Source of the DNA: Antedon mediterranea
Taxonomy: Eukaryota; Animalia; Echinodermata
NCBI RefSeq assembly: GCF_964355755.1
Contig: NC_092672.1
Location: forward strand, 3,472,001 to 3,536,000
Reading direction: 5' to 3'
Length of the DNA: 64,000 bases
Of this stretch, positions 28,301 through 43,300 are shown in pieces. Under the pieces are notes generated by a model. The model was not told where the DNA came from. It did no database searches and was given only the letters and a program-made list of their open reading frames with translations. The first letter of the stretch is position 1. The number at the start of each line of letters is the position of its first letter. A program made the translations under genes and the position numbers.

Positions 28301-31300
28301 CAATTTTCCAAATAATGTTATGATAATGAATATAATAAAGTACAAAACCATTCTCAGGTAAAAGAAATAAGAATTATGAATTTATTTGTTTCTTTTATTC
28401 AGACATCTGTAAAAACAATTTACAGAATTATAAATTATTTGGTTACCAGTTTCTGTAACTGATTGATGTCTGTGATGTCCTCAATATCAAGTGTTTCACC
28501 AACATCCTGCTCTTCATGGTCATCAACTTGTTTATTGACCTCTGACCCAGTCTCTGGTACCTCAAATGCAATCTGAATTGTAGTTAGCTCCTTAAAAATA
28601 ATAATTTGTAACCAATTTAGTAATCTGTGAACGTAAAAGAGGAGGTACAATAAAGGCTACAGATTGGTACTTTACTTTGATGTTTGGAGTGAAAGTCGTA
28701 ATTACATAATAATGTATGAAAAAAATTGTTGAAAGCTAAAATCAAGAAAATGTTAATATAGTTTTGAACGCATCAATAATTGTAAGGGCGTGTGGAGAAG
28801 TGTATTGGACGTTTAGCTACTGATCGCAAGACCGTGCGTTCGAATCCAACGCTCGTCACATTGCTTGTATCATTAGGAAAGATACTTTTCTTATGTTTGG
28901 CTCTCTTCCCCCAGGTGTACAAATGGGTACAAGACACAACTTTGCACCAAATACTACTGCATTATGGGAGTATATTTCCATACATGTTTTATCTAAAACT
29001 GACCGGGTTATATGTACAGCGCTTAGAGGTTTCACAACATTGGACGCTTTATAAATCCAGGATATTATTATTACCATTATTATTAATTTAATTTCAATTT
29101 ATTTATATCATATAACCAGATTGGTATATATAATATAAATTCCAACATGCTATAGACATAGTAAAAAATTAAACTCCTCAGAAAAAACAACAGAATATTA
29201 GTAGTACCCACAGCAAACAAAAGGTTATCAAAATGTTTCTGGAAACTTAAAACAACATGAACTTGGACTAAACATAAATAAATTCAGATCTCAATTTCAA
29301 AACTGCGGATGCAATTAACGATACAAAAACAAACTGAACTAGTATCAATATTGTCAGTTGAGTAGAAAATTAAATACAAAAACACCAAGTCTGTCAATAA
29401 ATACAATTTAAAACATCTAAGCCTGGGAGAGTTGTCAATCACTATTACGCTTAAAATCTCACCTTTTATACCAGATAATACTGTAATCCTATCTTAAATC
29501 AAAGTATAACCAATATACTGTAAGTCACTGTGAAATAATATATAAATCACAAAACAACTGATTGGTTTTTATATCAATAATAAATAATAAGAATGTTACT
29601 TTATTTGTTTACCTTTTGTTTATATTATCCTACAGTGATATCAGTACTATGATACTGAAGGTTTTGTTCACAATAAAAACATAAATAAATAAAAATAAAA
29701 TAGCTAATGTTAAATAAATATTTAAATCAATAGGATTAGCCCTTTGAAACATCCTCCTATGGTGGGATTCGAACCAGCACCTTCTTAGCAAAAGCTGTGT
29801 TAAGACAAAACAGTAATAATAATAATATGTATGAATCTAGGCCTATATTAATTTTCTATCCACAATAGAGTCTATAGATACAAATGTTGAATTTATATAA
29901 ATAATAAATAAATGGGATCAGCGCTTTGAAACATCCTCTGGTAGGATTCTATGAGTAACCTTCTTAACTTTTATGACAACAAAGTAACATGTATGAATCT
30001 AGCCTATCATTAATCTCCTGTCTACAATAGAGTCTAGTTACATCAATCCTGTTTGTGTAGACCTATTGTTTTTTTGGTTCAACTTTGCACTCCCTGGCAT
30101 GACAACTGTTCCGAGAATGTTTAAGTACACCAAAGAATGCCTTTTTCGTCGTCCGGTACGATTTCAATTGATATAAATTTGAGTAAAAAATGTAAATAAA
30201 AAAAACAATGTAAACCCTGCTATATATTAAAGAGAATAAAAAATGACAAAAATATGAGTATATTTTATTTAATAGTTTTATCGTTATCGTTATATGGCAT
30301 CCCATTCAACTTTACCTGATCACATGACTGTACTTCCAAGTCCTGATTATCTAAAGAGTTGTTACGCTTCGATGATAACATTTCCGATTTATCGATTTGT
30401 TCTTCACTTTGAGAATTTTCTGTAAAATTACAAAAAACTATATATAAATATTAAATTACCGAAAAAAAAAAATTTAAACAAATGCAGACAAGTATGTGTG
30501 ACATTAATATAAAATGTTCTGTCTGCCAAAAGGTCCCTCTGGGATGTTTAAAATACCAATAAAAAGATGTAAAATAAGACTGGTACATTGAAAAATGTAA
30601 ACATTTACATAAATGTACATACTACATCATCTATACATACCAAATAAGAAATTAGGACAATGTTCCCCAAAATGTTTCTCTAACCAGTTACTAAGATAGG
30701 CTAAACTCTGTCTACACTATCAAACTATGTGACAAAAAAATGTGGTGCCAATATGGATACAAAGATGTCATGGGACAACCATATTTGGGAATATCACTAC
30801 TATATTTGGGAATATCACTACCATATTTGGGAATATCACTACCATATTTGGGAATATCACTACCATATTTGGGAATATCACTACCATATTTGGGCACATC
30901 ATACTTGTTTTTGTCAAACTAGTTTGATAGTGTAGACAGAGCTTTATTAATTTTAATTGTTATTAAGCTACATAGTTAGTTTTAAAATACAATCTTTGAT
31001 TGGAGGAAGCCACATGCAACATTTTGTACAACATTGTACAATGTACATTTACGATATCCTGTTTACAGGAAACTGAGGAATTTGTAATTGTGTCCTCTAT
31101 GGGGCTGATCTGAAGGCATACCATGACTGGCACCCCTGGATCTAGACAATCAGGTACATTGCAAAGGTTAACAATTTAAAGTATAGCATAACACTAGGGA
31201 ATTATCTAAATCCTACATTAATACGCATTATTACATAATTGGATTTAACATGTGAACTATCAGATTACTTTAATCCCAAACATTAGCCAAATTAGGGCCT

Positions 31301-34300
31301 GAATAAACAGATCATGTACATTGCAAAGGTTAACAATTTAAACTATAGCATACAAGGGGATTATCTAAACCCTACATTAAAACATGTATTAACATAATTG
31401 GAATTAAAATGTAAACTAGAAGATTACTTTAATCCCTTGTCAAACATTAGCCAAAATAGGGCTTGAATAAACAGTAACATGAACAGGTATAATCTACCTA
31501 GTCAAGCCTATGCAATTTAGACTAATTTGCCAACAGGTACATGTAGCTTATTCCCATGCTGAAGCCTGCTACACACAGAGTGAATTCAACATCGAAACTG
31601 TTACTAATTTAATTACGAAAGGAACATTTCAACAAGAAAAGGAAACAATCAAATTTTATTTTACAAGTTAAAAATATTATCAACAAGGGACAAAAATTAA
31701 TTAGTCAACTATTTTGAATTACAAATTTGATATGCGAGTTATTTATATGCATTTAAGGTTCATGTAACAGCTCTCCTGGACTGGTTTGGAGCCCATGGCA
31801 AACATGTCACCAACAAAAAACTAGGCCCTTGGTGATTTTAGCTAAATAACTACTTTATTGTTTAACACAAAACTAAATCTACCATAATATCACCCCATAT
31901 ATTAATTTTGCACACTAGAGAAATCACTTGAACACCAAATTTGTGAATGTTTATTTGTGTGTATATTATTTAAGTTTGATAAGTAAATATGTGGAAACAA
32001 CAAATTAATTTCCTCCATGACATGACAATGGATACAGATAAAGTCAGGAAGCATCAGTCAGGGAGGCATTGGGCATCTTGCAGTTATTCAAATTTGCATG
32101 ATCAAGATTTGGGTTCAAGCTTTGTACTGTTCATAATGATAAAAGCGCTGCATTGAGGCTACTGTCGGCCAGTAGTGTGGTTAATCAATTTCTTGATTTA
32201 CATATAAAAGCATGACACTTTCAGTTTCCTTACCTCTACTTTTCCTTCTTAACTCCCTCATTGCTGCTCTGATTTCTCTTTTCTTCTTTAAGCTGTCAGC
32301 CTCCCTTAACTACAAAGATAAAATTGCTTTCTCAATAATGTTGTAGATTATAATACTCCCACAAAAACTATTACATCAGGCTTCTTTGAGTCTGTTCTTT
32401 CTAAAATTTAATTATATAGAATTTGGCAAGGCTATATCTGGATTTTTTTCTATTGAAAAACAAAAATGTCTTTGTGTATGCAAAAATGTACATCTTCTTA
32501 CAGTAAGTATTATCGCCAACATGTATGAATTTTTAACCAGGTGCCAGAAAGGTAATTTTGCTAGTATTCTTCAAAAAATGTAAATAATTTTCAGCATCTT
32601 CTGAATATGAGATACCAAAAAAGATACAAATTATTTTGTTAAATTATTGATAACACAAACGAAACTACCAGTTACAAACATTTGTTAAGCAATAATTCCC
32701 AGATTGGAATTTTTAAACCCTGGAGATATGATGGTGTTACAGATTACTGTGTTGACAGTGAGCAAGTGTCACTGTACAAAAAAAACCAAGGAATTTATTC
32801 CCTTTGGATACTGTTGACCTGTAAACCTGTAAAATTAATTCAAGCTGTATGAACAAATAGATTGAACAAAGGTTATACAATAGGTATAGAATTGGATGAT
32901 TTTAAAGGCTTGGAATAGATACTTTACTGCAAAGTAAACATCCAACCATTAAATTGTAAATTAAATAAGTGTGTGGATATAAAATGCTTATTCCATTTAT
33001 GGAGAAAGGAATACCACTCGCATTTAATAGAAAATAATATTGGTACACCTCTTTTACATCGCATATTCACCAATGCAAACACTATGGCTGGCACCATGAC
33101 CATACAAAACCCAGGTGTTGGTGCCTGATGTGTATTAATTAAGTTTGCTAGGCAATGTAAAACAGGTAGCATAATAATAATATACAATATATTAAATACA
33201 AATATACTTTTACCTTTTCTCTTAAAACGTTTTCATCCTGTATTGAAAAAACATCTTCAATATCATTATCCTTTTCCTGGTGTTCACTGTTCATTTCTTT
33301 ACTTATTTCCTCATTTTGTTCTGTTTCAGACATATTAACTTTCTTTTCCATTTCATCTTTCCTTGATTTATCTGAATTAGGCTGCTCCGCTAGCACATTG
33401 GCGTCCTCATGTGGAAGTGAATTACAACTTGCTAAAGAAGTACATTCTACTGGTGAGTTCTCATCACAAATGTCATTGGTGGTAACATCAATACGACTCT
33501 GCTCTTCAGTAAATCCAAATGTATTTTCAGAATCTAATGTCGTCTTACTGCAAATACCAATATCTGACTCACTGACCATTACTTCGGATAGACCAGTAGC
33601 ATGGTCATAAACTGGTTTATTGACCGCACTGATTGGCTCTTGGTCAATAATATGTCCAGTGTTTACCTTATCTTGATCATCACTTGTTTCACTTTTAATC
33701 TCATCTTGAATAGGAAATTGTACCTCATCAGTTTCTGTGCTCTCTACAGGCTTTTTAATAAAATCGAGCACATGTTCCTTTGATTTGATGTTCACATGCA
33801 AATCATTTGATAATTCATCATTTGTTTTAGCGGATATTATATCTTTTCTATCCTTTATTACCTCATTCTCTGATGAAATCATGCTAATTTTTAATAATTC
33901 TCTGTCTATACTTATTGCTTCATTTTTATGGATATCAGTAACATCTTCACATAGCACCAATTTATCACTTGATTTGGTAAAGTCACTGATTGATCGACAG
34001 GTGTCAATCGAACTCATCAATGTTGTTTTATGCTGGGGTACATCAACACAAGAGTTTGTGGTTTTAACATGGTTGGTAGGTGGGTGTTGAGGAGTGTTTG
34101 TAACACTTTCTAGAAGATCATGCTGCTGTTGCCGAGATGCTCTTCTGGTAGGCCTGTATGCTTCAAACTCGGCTAAAATGACACAACAATGATACATTAA
34201 TTTCTGATCAATCAATCAATCGTTTGATTTATATAGCGCTCTAACAGTCATCTAAAAGCTATCAATAAACAAAGAAATGAACGGATGTAAATAAAAGAAG

Positions 34301-37300
34301 GATGAATAGGTTATACATCAGATGACAAATGGATGAAAAAACAACCAGAGGAAGGAATAGTATGCAACACAATAACACAACAAGTGTATACAGACCATCT
34401 TTTGCTCTTCTTAGTTCTCTTACAGCTGTTCTTAATCTTTTTCTTTCATAGTAATCATCTGTGTCTTTAAGCTGAAAGATAAAAAAAAAACAATATATTT
34501 TTGTAAAATTTGAAGTATCTTTTTAAATTATTAGTATTGTATTGAAATTGGACTCAAATAAAAGAGTGTGGGCACAAGGAGGAGTTTAACTGTATAAAGG
34601 TCAATGTACACAGACAAGCGATAACAACGGTAAGCGGAAAATCATGTATAATCTGCGCTTTGTGTAAATGGTCATAAGGAATATCATAGATTCTATATTT
34701 TTATTACCGTTACCGTTCGTCTGTGTATATTGGCCATAATGATTACCAAGTTCAAAAATAAATAATTGCTACTTCAACATTATATAACTTTTTATATATA
34801 TTTTTTGTTATAATAATTTTATTTATATGAATAATTTCAGGTAAAATAAACGGGTAACTCCAACTAAAATGACAGAACACATTGTGAATTATTCCGTTTA
34901 TTTTATTTTTTAAGTTTACATTGGTATTACCCAGAACGTATTATGGTAAAAGTCAAGCATTTAAAACCACCAATCAATCCACCAGCAATACCACAACAAG
35001 ACGACCATTATAACAACTATATTATGAAAGTTACAGCTGTTGGAAGGGAATCACTAGTCACAAAAGTGGAAACATTACGGTAATTCAATAGCATGAAATT
35101 ACTTCCTCTTCTAATACAATATTTTTGTAACATATTTTCTGTAACAATTTCATAATAACTAATAAGGGCTTTGAGACATATTGAGTGATTTTATGACAGT
35201 TAAGAAAACCTGTAGAAAAAAAATGTAACTTAGATACAGTACTACCAGAGGTAATTGGGATAATAGGTTATGAATCATAAAGATATTATATTAAAAACAA
35301 ACTATATAATAACTAGCTATGTTATGAATGGACTCCCTTTATTGCAATTGGTGAAGGTGACACATACAGTACGTTGAAAAAAACCAAATCTCTTTAATTT
35401 CTTTTTTTTGGTTTGATTTGAAAATACACTACCAGTAAAATTAGGTAAAAACGTGAGTCATTCATCTTTAACTATACTCATACGATTTTAAGAGACAACT
35501 TGACATTTTAATCCAATAATATCAGGGAAGTATTGTATAGCAGAAAAATGGACAAGTTGATTATAAAATTCTAGCCCGCACTCAATACTTAACTCCTTTT
35601 TCTTCCATTGCATACATAATGAAGATCATTTTTAAAATGATATGTATGTGTTTCACATGTTTGACCTCTACATGACCCACCAGACCCCTAATCTGTGAAA
35701 TGTCTCAAGGCCAATCTCTATCCTTCAAGGTAGAGCAAAAATGTACAAAGATACCAAAATAGTTGAAACCTAAACCAACAATAACAAAAACCTGAACAAA
35801 AGATGCTATTTAATAAACAAGTAGCAACACCTTTGACAAAAGACTCCTTCTGGCCTTGTTGACCATGGCTGAATGGACCCTTGTAAACACTACATATTCG
35901 TAAGAACCAGTTAATTTTTCTTTAGATTCACAGTTGTTTTGTTCCTTATTTTTTAGTCGGTTATCATTGCAATATTATATCTTTACTATAGTTTTTATTT
36001 CAATACTTTATAATATCGCCACTGTCACTCACCGTGGTCTTCCGGAAAAAGGCTTGTTATACTGTAACCCATAGCTACAGTGTAAAATGCTATGCTTATA
36101 TATTTTAAAAGCAGTTGTTTTCAATTGAATTGTATATTTATCTTAATATAATCTTATAAAATATTAATAAAAACAAGTATGCAATGCTAAATTTGTTTTT
36201 AATTCAATTTATTATTTATTAAATTATTGGTGTAATTTATATAGAAATAAAAATCAGAAAATCTTTGTTAATACACTGCAGTTTGAAATACAACAATGTT
36301 TAAAACAATACAATGGCAATATTTAAAAGTTATTAAATTAATTTTTTTAATTTTTTTTATAGAAACTTTTACTAAAAATAGAACGGTTTCTTCTTTCTTT
36401 TTTGGTGTCCATTATGTAAGCAAAAAAAGTGTACTTTACCAGGAAATCTAATCTATTTCATAGTCTCATCATATGTCTATTATAATGCTCATGTTACTGG
36501 TATAATGATTTCTACTCATCTTATCTTACAATACAACTCATAAAACAATGCAGATATTATACAACTATTGCCATAAGGAAATAAAGAAGACCTTTCTGTA
36601 AATAAGACCACCCTAAACTGTTTATAGCTGATAAATGTATTAAAAGTAGAGCATTATAGCTCACGATTTATCTCTATGAGATTCAGATTCAGATTCAGAT
36701 TCGATTTATGTAAGTCATTCATACATACTGTAGTATAATGATAATTGTTTTCTTGGCAGAAAAACACAAGCAAAACAATACATACATAATATTTACAGAG
36801 AGTAAAGTAGAGTTAATAAACTAAATTGTGATTACAAATTAAATTTCAGTAGCAATTTTTTTCAATGACCATGAAACAAGAAAACTCCAGCATTATACAC
36901 AGACAAACATAAATGACTACTCTTAAACGACCAAAAAACATGTTCCAATTCCTTATGGATTAACAAAATTATGCTTTCAATGGGAAGACATAATCCATAA
37001 GGATCAATTATGGATAAACTAATAATCCCAATGTCATGGTCTTACTGTCTGATACTTAAGTTCAAAGAAAGTTCCAATACTTTGTTAGGGCTTGTTTCTG
37101 CCAGAGAAAATGCAGTTAAAAAAGTAATTTATTGATTTAATGGTGCCTAGTAAAAAAATATCAAATTACGTTTAATACAACATGAACCCAGGATATTCAA
37201 ACTGGATCAAAGTTTAACAGCCAGACAACTTGCACAAATCATAATCGCATTGGGTCAAAGGTTAATAAATGCGGGTCAAAACCCAATGTCAAAACATTTA

Positions 37301-40300
37301 TATGTTTAGTTTTATTAATGTTATAATGCAGAGACAGAATTTTGCTTGGGTGGACAAGGCAATGCGACAGCTGACGATACAGTAAGTAAGTGTTTTTGGG
37401 TATCAGTGGTGGTCTGGTCTAGGATTTGAAATACAAGTGGCCTCAGGGATTAAACAATTTAACCTAATGTACTATCCTTTACATAAACTTTATGTGACAA
37501 AAAATGTCCCATATAATGGACAGGATGATCATAATCATATCACTACCATATTTAAGCATATCACTATTTGGGTACGGACAATTTGTTGTCACATAAATGA
37601 TAAAGTTTTTTAGTGTAGACAAAGCAAAGGAATAATTTCTTGACATCTGGAAAAGATAAATTTGTAATAACAAAGCTTGTGTTATTTAAGAAAACAAGGC
37701 ATATTAGTAGTTTACAATTAAGGAGAGAATATGCCAAAATATTTGGAATGGGGCCAAAATACAGTTGGAATGGGGAAAAAAAGTTCTGTTGTTGGTTTAA
37801 AAAATATATATTTTCTTATACAGCAGACGTATCGTAATAAATTAATATAGTATTCTTTAATAGAGGACAATGAAAATTTGAATAAAATAATGGCGCCTCA
37901 TATTATTTGTGGTTTTAGTGACCCTCTAACATAATTGGTTTACAAGGTTAGGGGTTAAAGTCAATAATTAGCTTCATATCCCTACATAGAATGGTATGTT
38001 GAGAATGTTTCGGAAAAAAATTATTTTCATTGGATGTGATGTCACCACACCATAGGTGTTAATTATGGTGTGGGGTTTCTTATTGCTTGTTAGCACTTCA
38101 AAAACATTTGTACCGTTGTACCATGTTTTATGTTATGACATTGAATAGGTAGGTAAACCTATGTAGACTCGGCTATTTTATCAAATTTACCATTAATACA
38201 TGCCCCCCTTTCAACCCTCATTTTCCTTAGAATCTCCTGTCAGTGGCGGATCCAGGATTTTGAAAAAATACTAAAGTAGAGAAATGTAGTGCTGAACTTA
38301 ATAAATAGATGACCTATCTTTTGCCTAAAAATGTCCTAAAATTTGCAAAATTTAGAGGGGGGTCAGCCCTGACTCTATGCTGTTGAAACTGAAAGAAGAC
38401 TACTGTATGTTTTATATTGAAAATTGCAATGAAAGATTTCTTTCATTATACATATAATTTGATTGTTTTTTTCGCTTTTTTTTTGTATCTATATTGAGAT
38501 CCAGCCACTGATACCCACAGAATTGTCATTTTTTCAGTAATTTGCCTTTGGTTTCATTATACATATATATATATTTCAATTTAGATTGTTATGAAATATT
38601 ATAAACAAACATAAATAATAGTTTGTAAATATTATTATTTTTATATTATATTATAAATTTGAAACCATAGTAGGTACAGTATAAATAAAAATCAAATCAA
38701 ATTCTTTTAAAGTTGCATTGACACCTGGTTGGATAGTGAACAAAGGGCATGAGAACGAACCATCCATTATTTCATAAAGTCAATATCTTGTAAAAAAAGT
38801 TGCTCATCAATAGCAATGAAATCGTGCACCTGTTGCAACCCTACACCTGTGTACACCTGATCGTAATTGCTGGTAACCAGAATAAAAAGAGGAAATATCT
38901 ACTTCCACAGATAGGGGAAAAGGTGTTAACCTATTACCTAAAATGACAGTAAATTTGATTAGTTTTTGTCATTATTTTACTTTTTCGGCCCTAATATAGG
39001 CAAAAAGAGAAAGTATATTAGATGAATTTAATTTGTCAGAACCTAGGAAATTTGTGAACGAGGTTCCTACATGTACACTTAAGGCCAATTTACAGACAAG
39101 TGGTAACAGTAAGCGGGGTAGCTTGTCCCAAATAAAATATGTATCTATCCTGAGCAGAAAAACTGGCCGTCCGTCCGCTCCGCGTTGTGTGTAAATGTTC
39201 ATAAGGAATAACATACATGTTTGTAATTGTTTAGATTTTTTGTCCTTTTGATGTGTACATTATCATGTTAATACTGTTTTAATTCAGCCTTGTGTAAGAG
39301 CGTGTGGCGCAGTGTGTTGGACGTTGGACTACCGATCGTCAGACCTAGGTTCGAATCCAACTCTTGCCGCATTGCTTGTATCCGTAGGCAAGATACTTTA
39401 CTTACGCTGCCTCTCTTCACCCAGGTGTATAAATGGGTACCCAGTTAGATCTAGACACAACTTTGCGCTGGTTACCGGCTGCATAATGGGAGTATGTTTC
39501 CATACGTGTTTGATCCCAAAAAATACTGGGGTAATAATGCTTGTAAAGCGCCTTTGAGCATGATTACTCATGAAAGGGCGCTATATAAATGTGGTATTAT
39601 TATTATTAATTCAGCCTTGTGCTGTGATTACGATTTTTTTTTTATTTTATTTCAACAATATTTAATGAGGGTGGTCCATCCAGCATCAGCTGATCACCAG
39701 GGATCCTCAAACAATACAAACAGTAAATACAAAATAAACTATGAAACACAAAATTAAAAAAGATAAAAAAATAAATATATATATATAAATATACAGAATC
39801 TATATTGAATAAATAAATAAATAAAAGAGATTCTATATTTTTATTACCGATACTGCTCATCTGTGTAAATTGGCCTTTAGGCTGTATAGTACTGTAGACC
39901 CTTACTACAAAAGGGGACACCTCAGCACCCAACAACCTGTCCCTTAATAGGGATGTCCTCTAAATAGGTGTCCCAAATGTGGGTGGATTCCACAAGAAAA
40001 TTAGGCTCAGGTAACACGTGTATGTATTTTATGATCAGGGAATACAATAGCGTTTGGGACAGTATACAACACAGTATAATTCAATTCCATGACAAAGCAA
40101 TAAGCAACAGTATCACAAAGTACAGAAAGGCACAATACGTGCTACAATTGTGTTACCAAGCACCCCCTGCCAACACCGGTAAATATTAACTAGCTACAAA
40201 TGTTGGAATCCTATCCTAAGCCACCTTCAATTATGTTAAATCTTGTTGATTCTTAGCGATTACATTTTAATTTCACTTCTTTCAATTTAAACATTCTCAA

Positions 40301-43300
40301 TTTATTGAATCATCCCTGCCAATAAAAATGAAATCTTGTTATAGCAGGTCTAAATATAGCTCTGGTAATAGAAATATTTTGACATACTGCAAGAGTTTTA
40401 AATATTTATTCACCAAAATTGTTGAATAATACACAACTTTTATATTTAATGCATGAATGTAACACTTTTTAAAATAATTTTTAAACAACTTTAGTTTTAA
40501 TATTCAAGGTTTTCTTGTAAACTAATGGGAAGGGAGACATTTAGATTATTAAAAATGTATTGGACTAAACTGTGACTGCAAATACATAGTATTGAGCAGG
40601 CTGGTAGTATTACGTGCACTACTGTACTAAAAAATAATCTTCCCTCGCATATGAACATTAGAAAGAATATTGTTTATCATTAATATAGTACATTGTTTAC
40701 ATTAAATCTGGAAAAGGTAAACAACTACTTTAAGGAAATTTTATTTTGATAATAATACAGATGAATAAGTAGGCCTATTATGTAACACTAAGTAAGCAGA
40801 CATATTTCTACTTCCTCAGCTTGATTCAAGATCATTAATAAACACGATAAATTAATAACAAGTCTATCCATCCTATAATTGGGGATTTACTCACTGTTGA
40901 ATGCATATGAAATTTTTTTAAATAAATTTTAAAAAGCAGGAAATTGTAAAATATTTACAGGATCTATAACTATTCTTATAGGGTGATAAATTCCCATGAC
41001 GATGGTGTAGTTTTAGACCAAACTTTAATAATAAAGGTCCACACACAAATCATTATAAAACTTGAGATGATTCCAATACCAACATAAAAACCACTCAATG
41101 ATCAGCAGAAAAATAAACAGTATAGAAATGAATACATGTACAATACAGGTTGATGACAAGACAGAGGATAAAGGTGAAAAATGGGGCCAACATAGGGCAT
41201 ATATTTGTTATTTGGGAAAATAACCAATTACTGCATACTGCATGACAATCAAATCATGTAATAGTATTTTGTAGGAAGAAACTAGGACCATGGATAGAAG
41301 AAGGGGAAAGTGGGTCACATTCTGTGACCTCATAGTGTTCTAGATGAGGGTATAAAGTCAACTGGATAAATAGTGAATGTATGGTCATTTAAGTCACATG
41401 GTTAATGATGGGATTTACTTGAGGAGTGGCTAAGTCCAAAAGGTAAATAACCCCCTTTTTTTTTGGAAAAAAAAATAAAAACATGAGACAACAATACAGA
41501 TCAAATCATCCTGGAGACACCGTGGAAGTATTACCAATTCAACTTCTTGATCATTTACAAACCAAGTTAAAAACACGTCTTTCTGCCGATAACAGGCCAT
41601 GCTTTAAAATATTCTATGAATTTTGGTATGATGATCTGCCAAGACACAAACATCTTCATTCCGATCTTCAGCGATGGAAGCGAACAAAATATTATTTACA
41701 TACAGGCGATAAATATGTTAGTGTAATGCGTATAATACGGATGGGTATGAAGAGTCCCACATACACACGGAGCTTCGCCCCCCTGGATTCCAACCGTGGG
41801 ACCTTGGCGGCCCCCTGTCCCCCAGCACATAGTTGCTCGCTTCGCTCGCAAAATACTCACATATTGGTTGACCCCCCTTTATTTCTTTGCTGGCTGCGCC
41901 CCTGACTATCACCTCAAACATGTTGAAACTTACCATAGATCTTAGTTCTTCTTCCTCTGTAATTCCTTTAATTATTTCCTCAAGTTTTTCTAGCTTTTTC
42001 TCCCTTTCCTTTGCTTCCTCTTCCATCAGTTTATTCACACGATCTTCCAGAAGATCCACACTTCCACGTTTACGCTTCATCTTAGCTTGAGTGACGGCAA
42101 CGTCTGTAGTAGCGGGGTTAGACATCCTGCGTATAGCTGCTCGTATGTAGCACCTCTCAGAAATATCTTTACAACTTTTTAGCTGAAAAATTACAATTAG
42201 ATAACAAGATTAAATTAAAATTAAGTGAACTCTCTCCCTATTGAGGGGACATTTTCAGAAACCAATACAGTGTCCCTTTATAGGGTGTTCCCTAATGCGT
42301 GGTTCCCACTAGAGACGCAACGCAACGTAAGGGATTTGTCCAATCACAAGCGATGGATTATTCAAACTGTCGCTTGTTATTAGTTAGTCAACTCGCTTGC
42401 GTTGCATCTACGTCCTTGCGTTGAGTCCTAGTGGGAACCAAGCTTGAATAGGAGTTTGCCGTAGTGAAAAATATAGGCCTATAATCGGCATTTGTTAATT
42501 TCACAGGAATGTCCCTTTAAACGGTGTCCATTTTAAAGGTGTATCCTGAATAGTGATGTCAGGAGGAGTTCTACAGTAAAGATACAATCATTGACACTTT
42601 TAAATATTGAGACAGAGCACCAATAAAGTATTGCGAATTATCACCAACACAACCTTTCACTAATTCACTAATGACAAATAATACCTTAAAATATTGAACC
42701 CAACACAATAATACCAGTATTGTGTATACTTACTGTTCAAATTGACTTTCCGCTAATAAGACTATCACTAACAAACTTCAGAAAGAAAGTGAACACACAG
42801 TAGTGGTTAACAGCAAAGCAGGAGTTCTACCTACTTTGATACCAGACACCTCTAATTTGTGATTCACCTCAACCACAGAGGGCCAACCACATGACCCACT
42901 TCAAGATCCTGTCCTACGCAATTTAAGTATTTCTTAATAATCACCTGTTAAAATGCATACATCATAAAAATGTTGACCATGATATGAAACTTCTTCCGCC
43001 CACAATAAAGATGATTAAAGAAGTTAATGTATCCAGTATAGTACAATCTTTGTTTAATCAGTATTGTACAAATGTCCTACAGTATTACAGTTTCAAAGTA
43101 TTAAATCTTTGCATACAAATTGTTACATACAGTACTGTAGTAGTATCAATTACATAGTATCTACATTCTAGCTTGTCCACTGGTAAATTTATATAGTAAA
43201 ATAACAATATTGTCTTTAATTTTTATTACGACCACGTGAAAAGATTAATAGTTGGTCTGATGGTTTAGAAACACAAGTATTAACTAAGTCAGTTTGCTGG

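Noticed and set aside
29755-29790. tRNA B-box-like GGGATTCGAACC (also near 51375)
   Set aside because: Only a T-arm fragment; no cloverleaf can be built. Decayed SINE heads.
30779-30893. Regular 21-bp repeats resembling a CRISPR array
   Set aside because: Units are head-to-tail with no unique spacers, lie inside MITE TIRs in a eukaryotic intron, and there are no cas genes.
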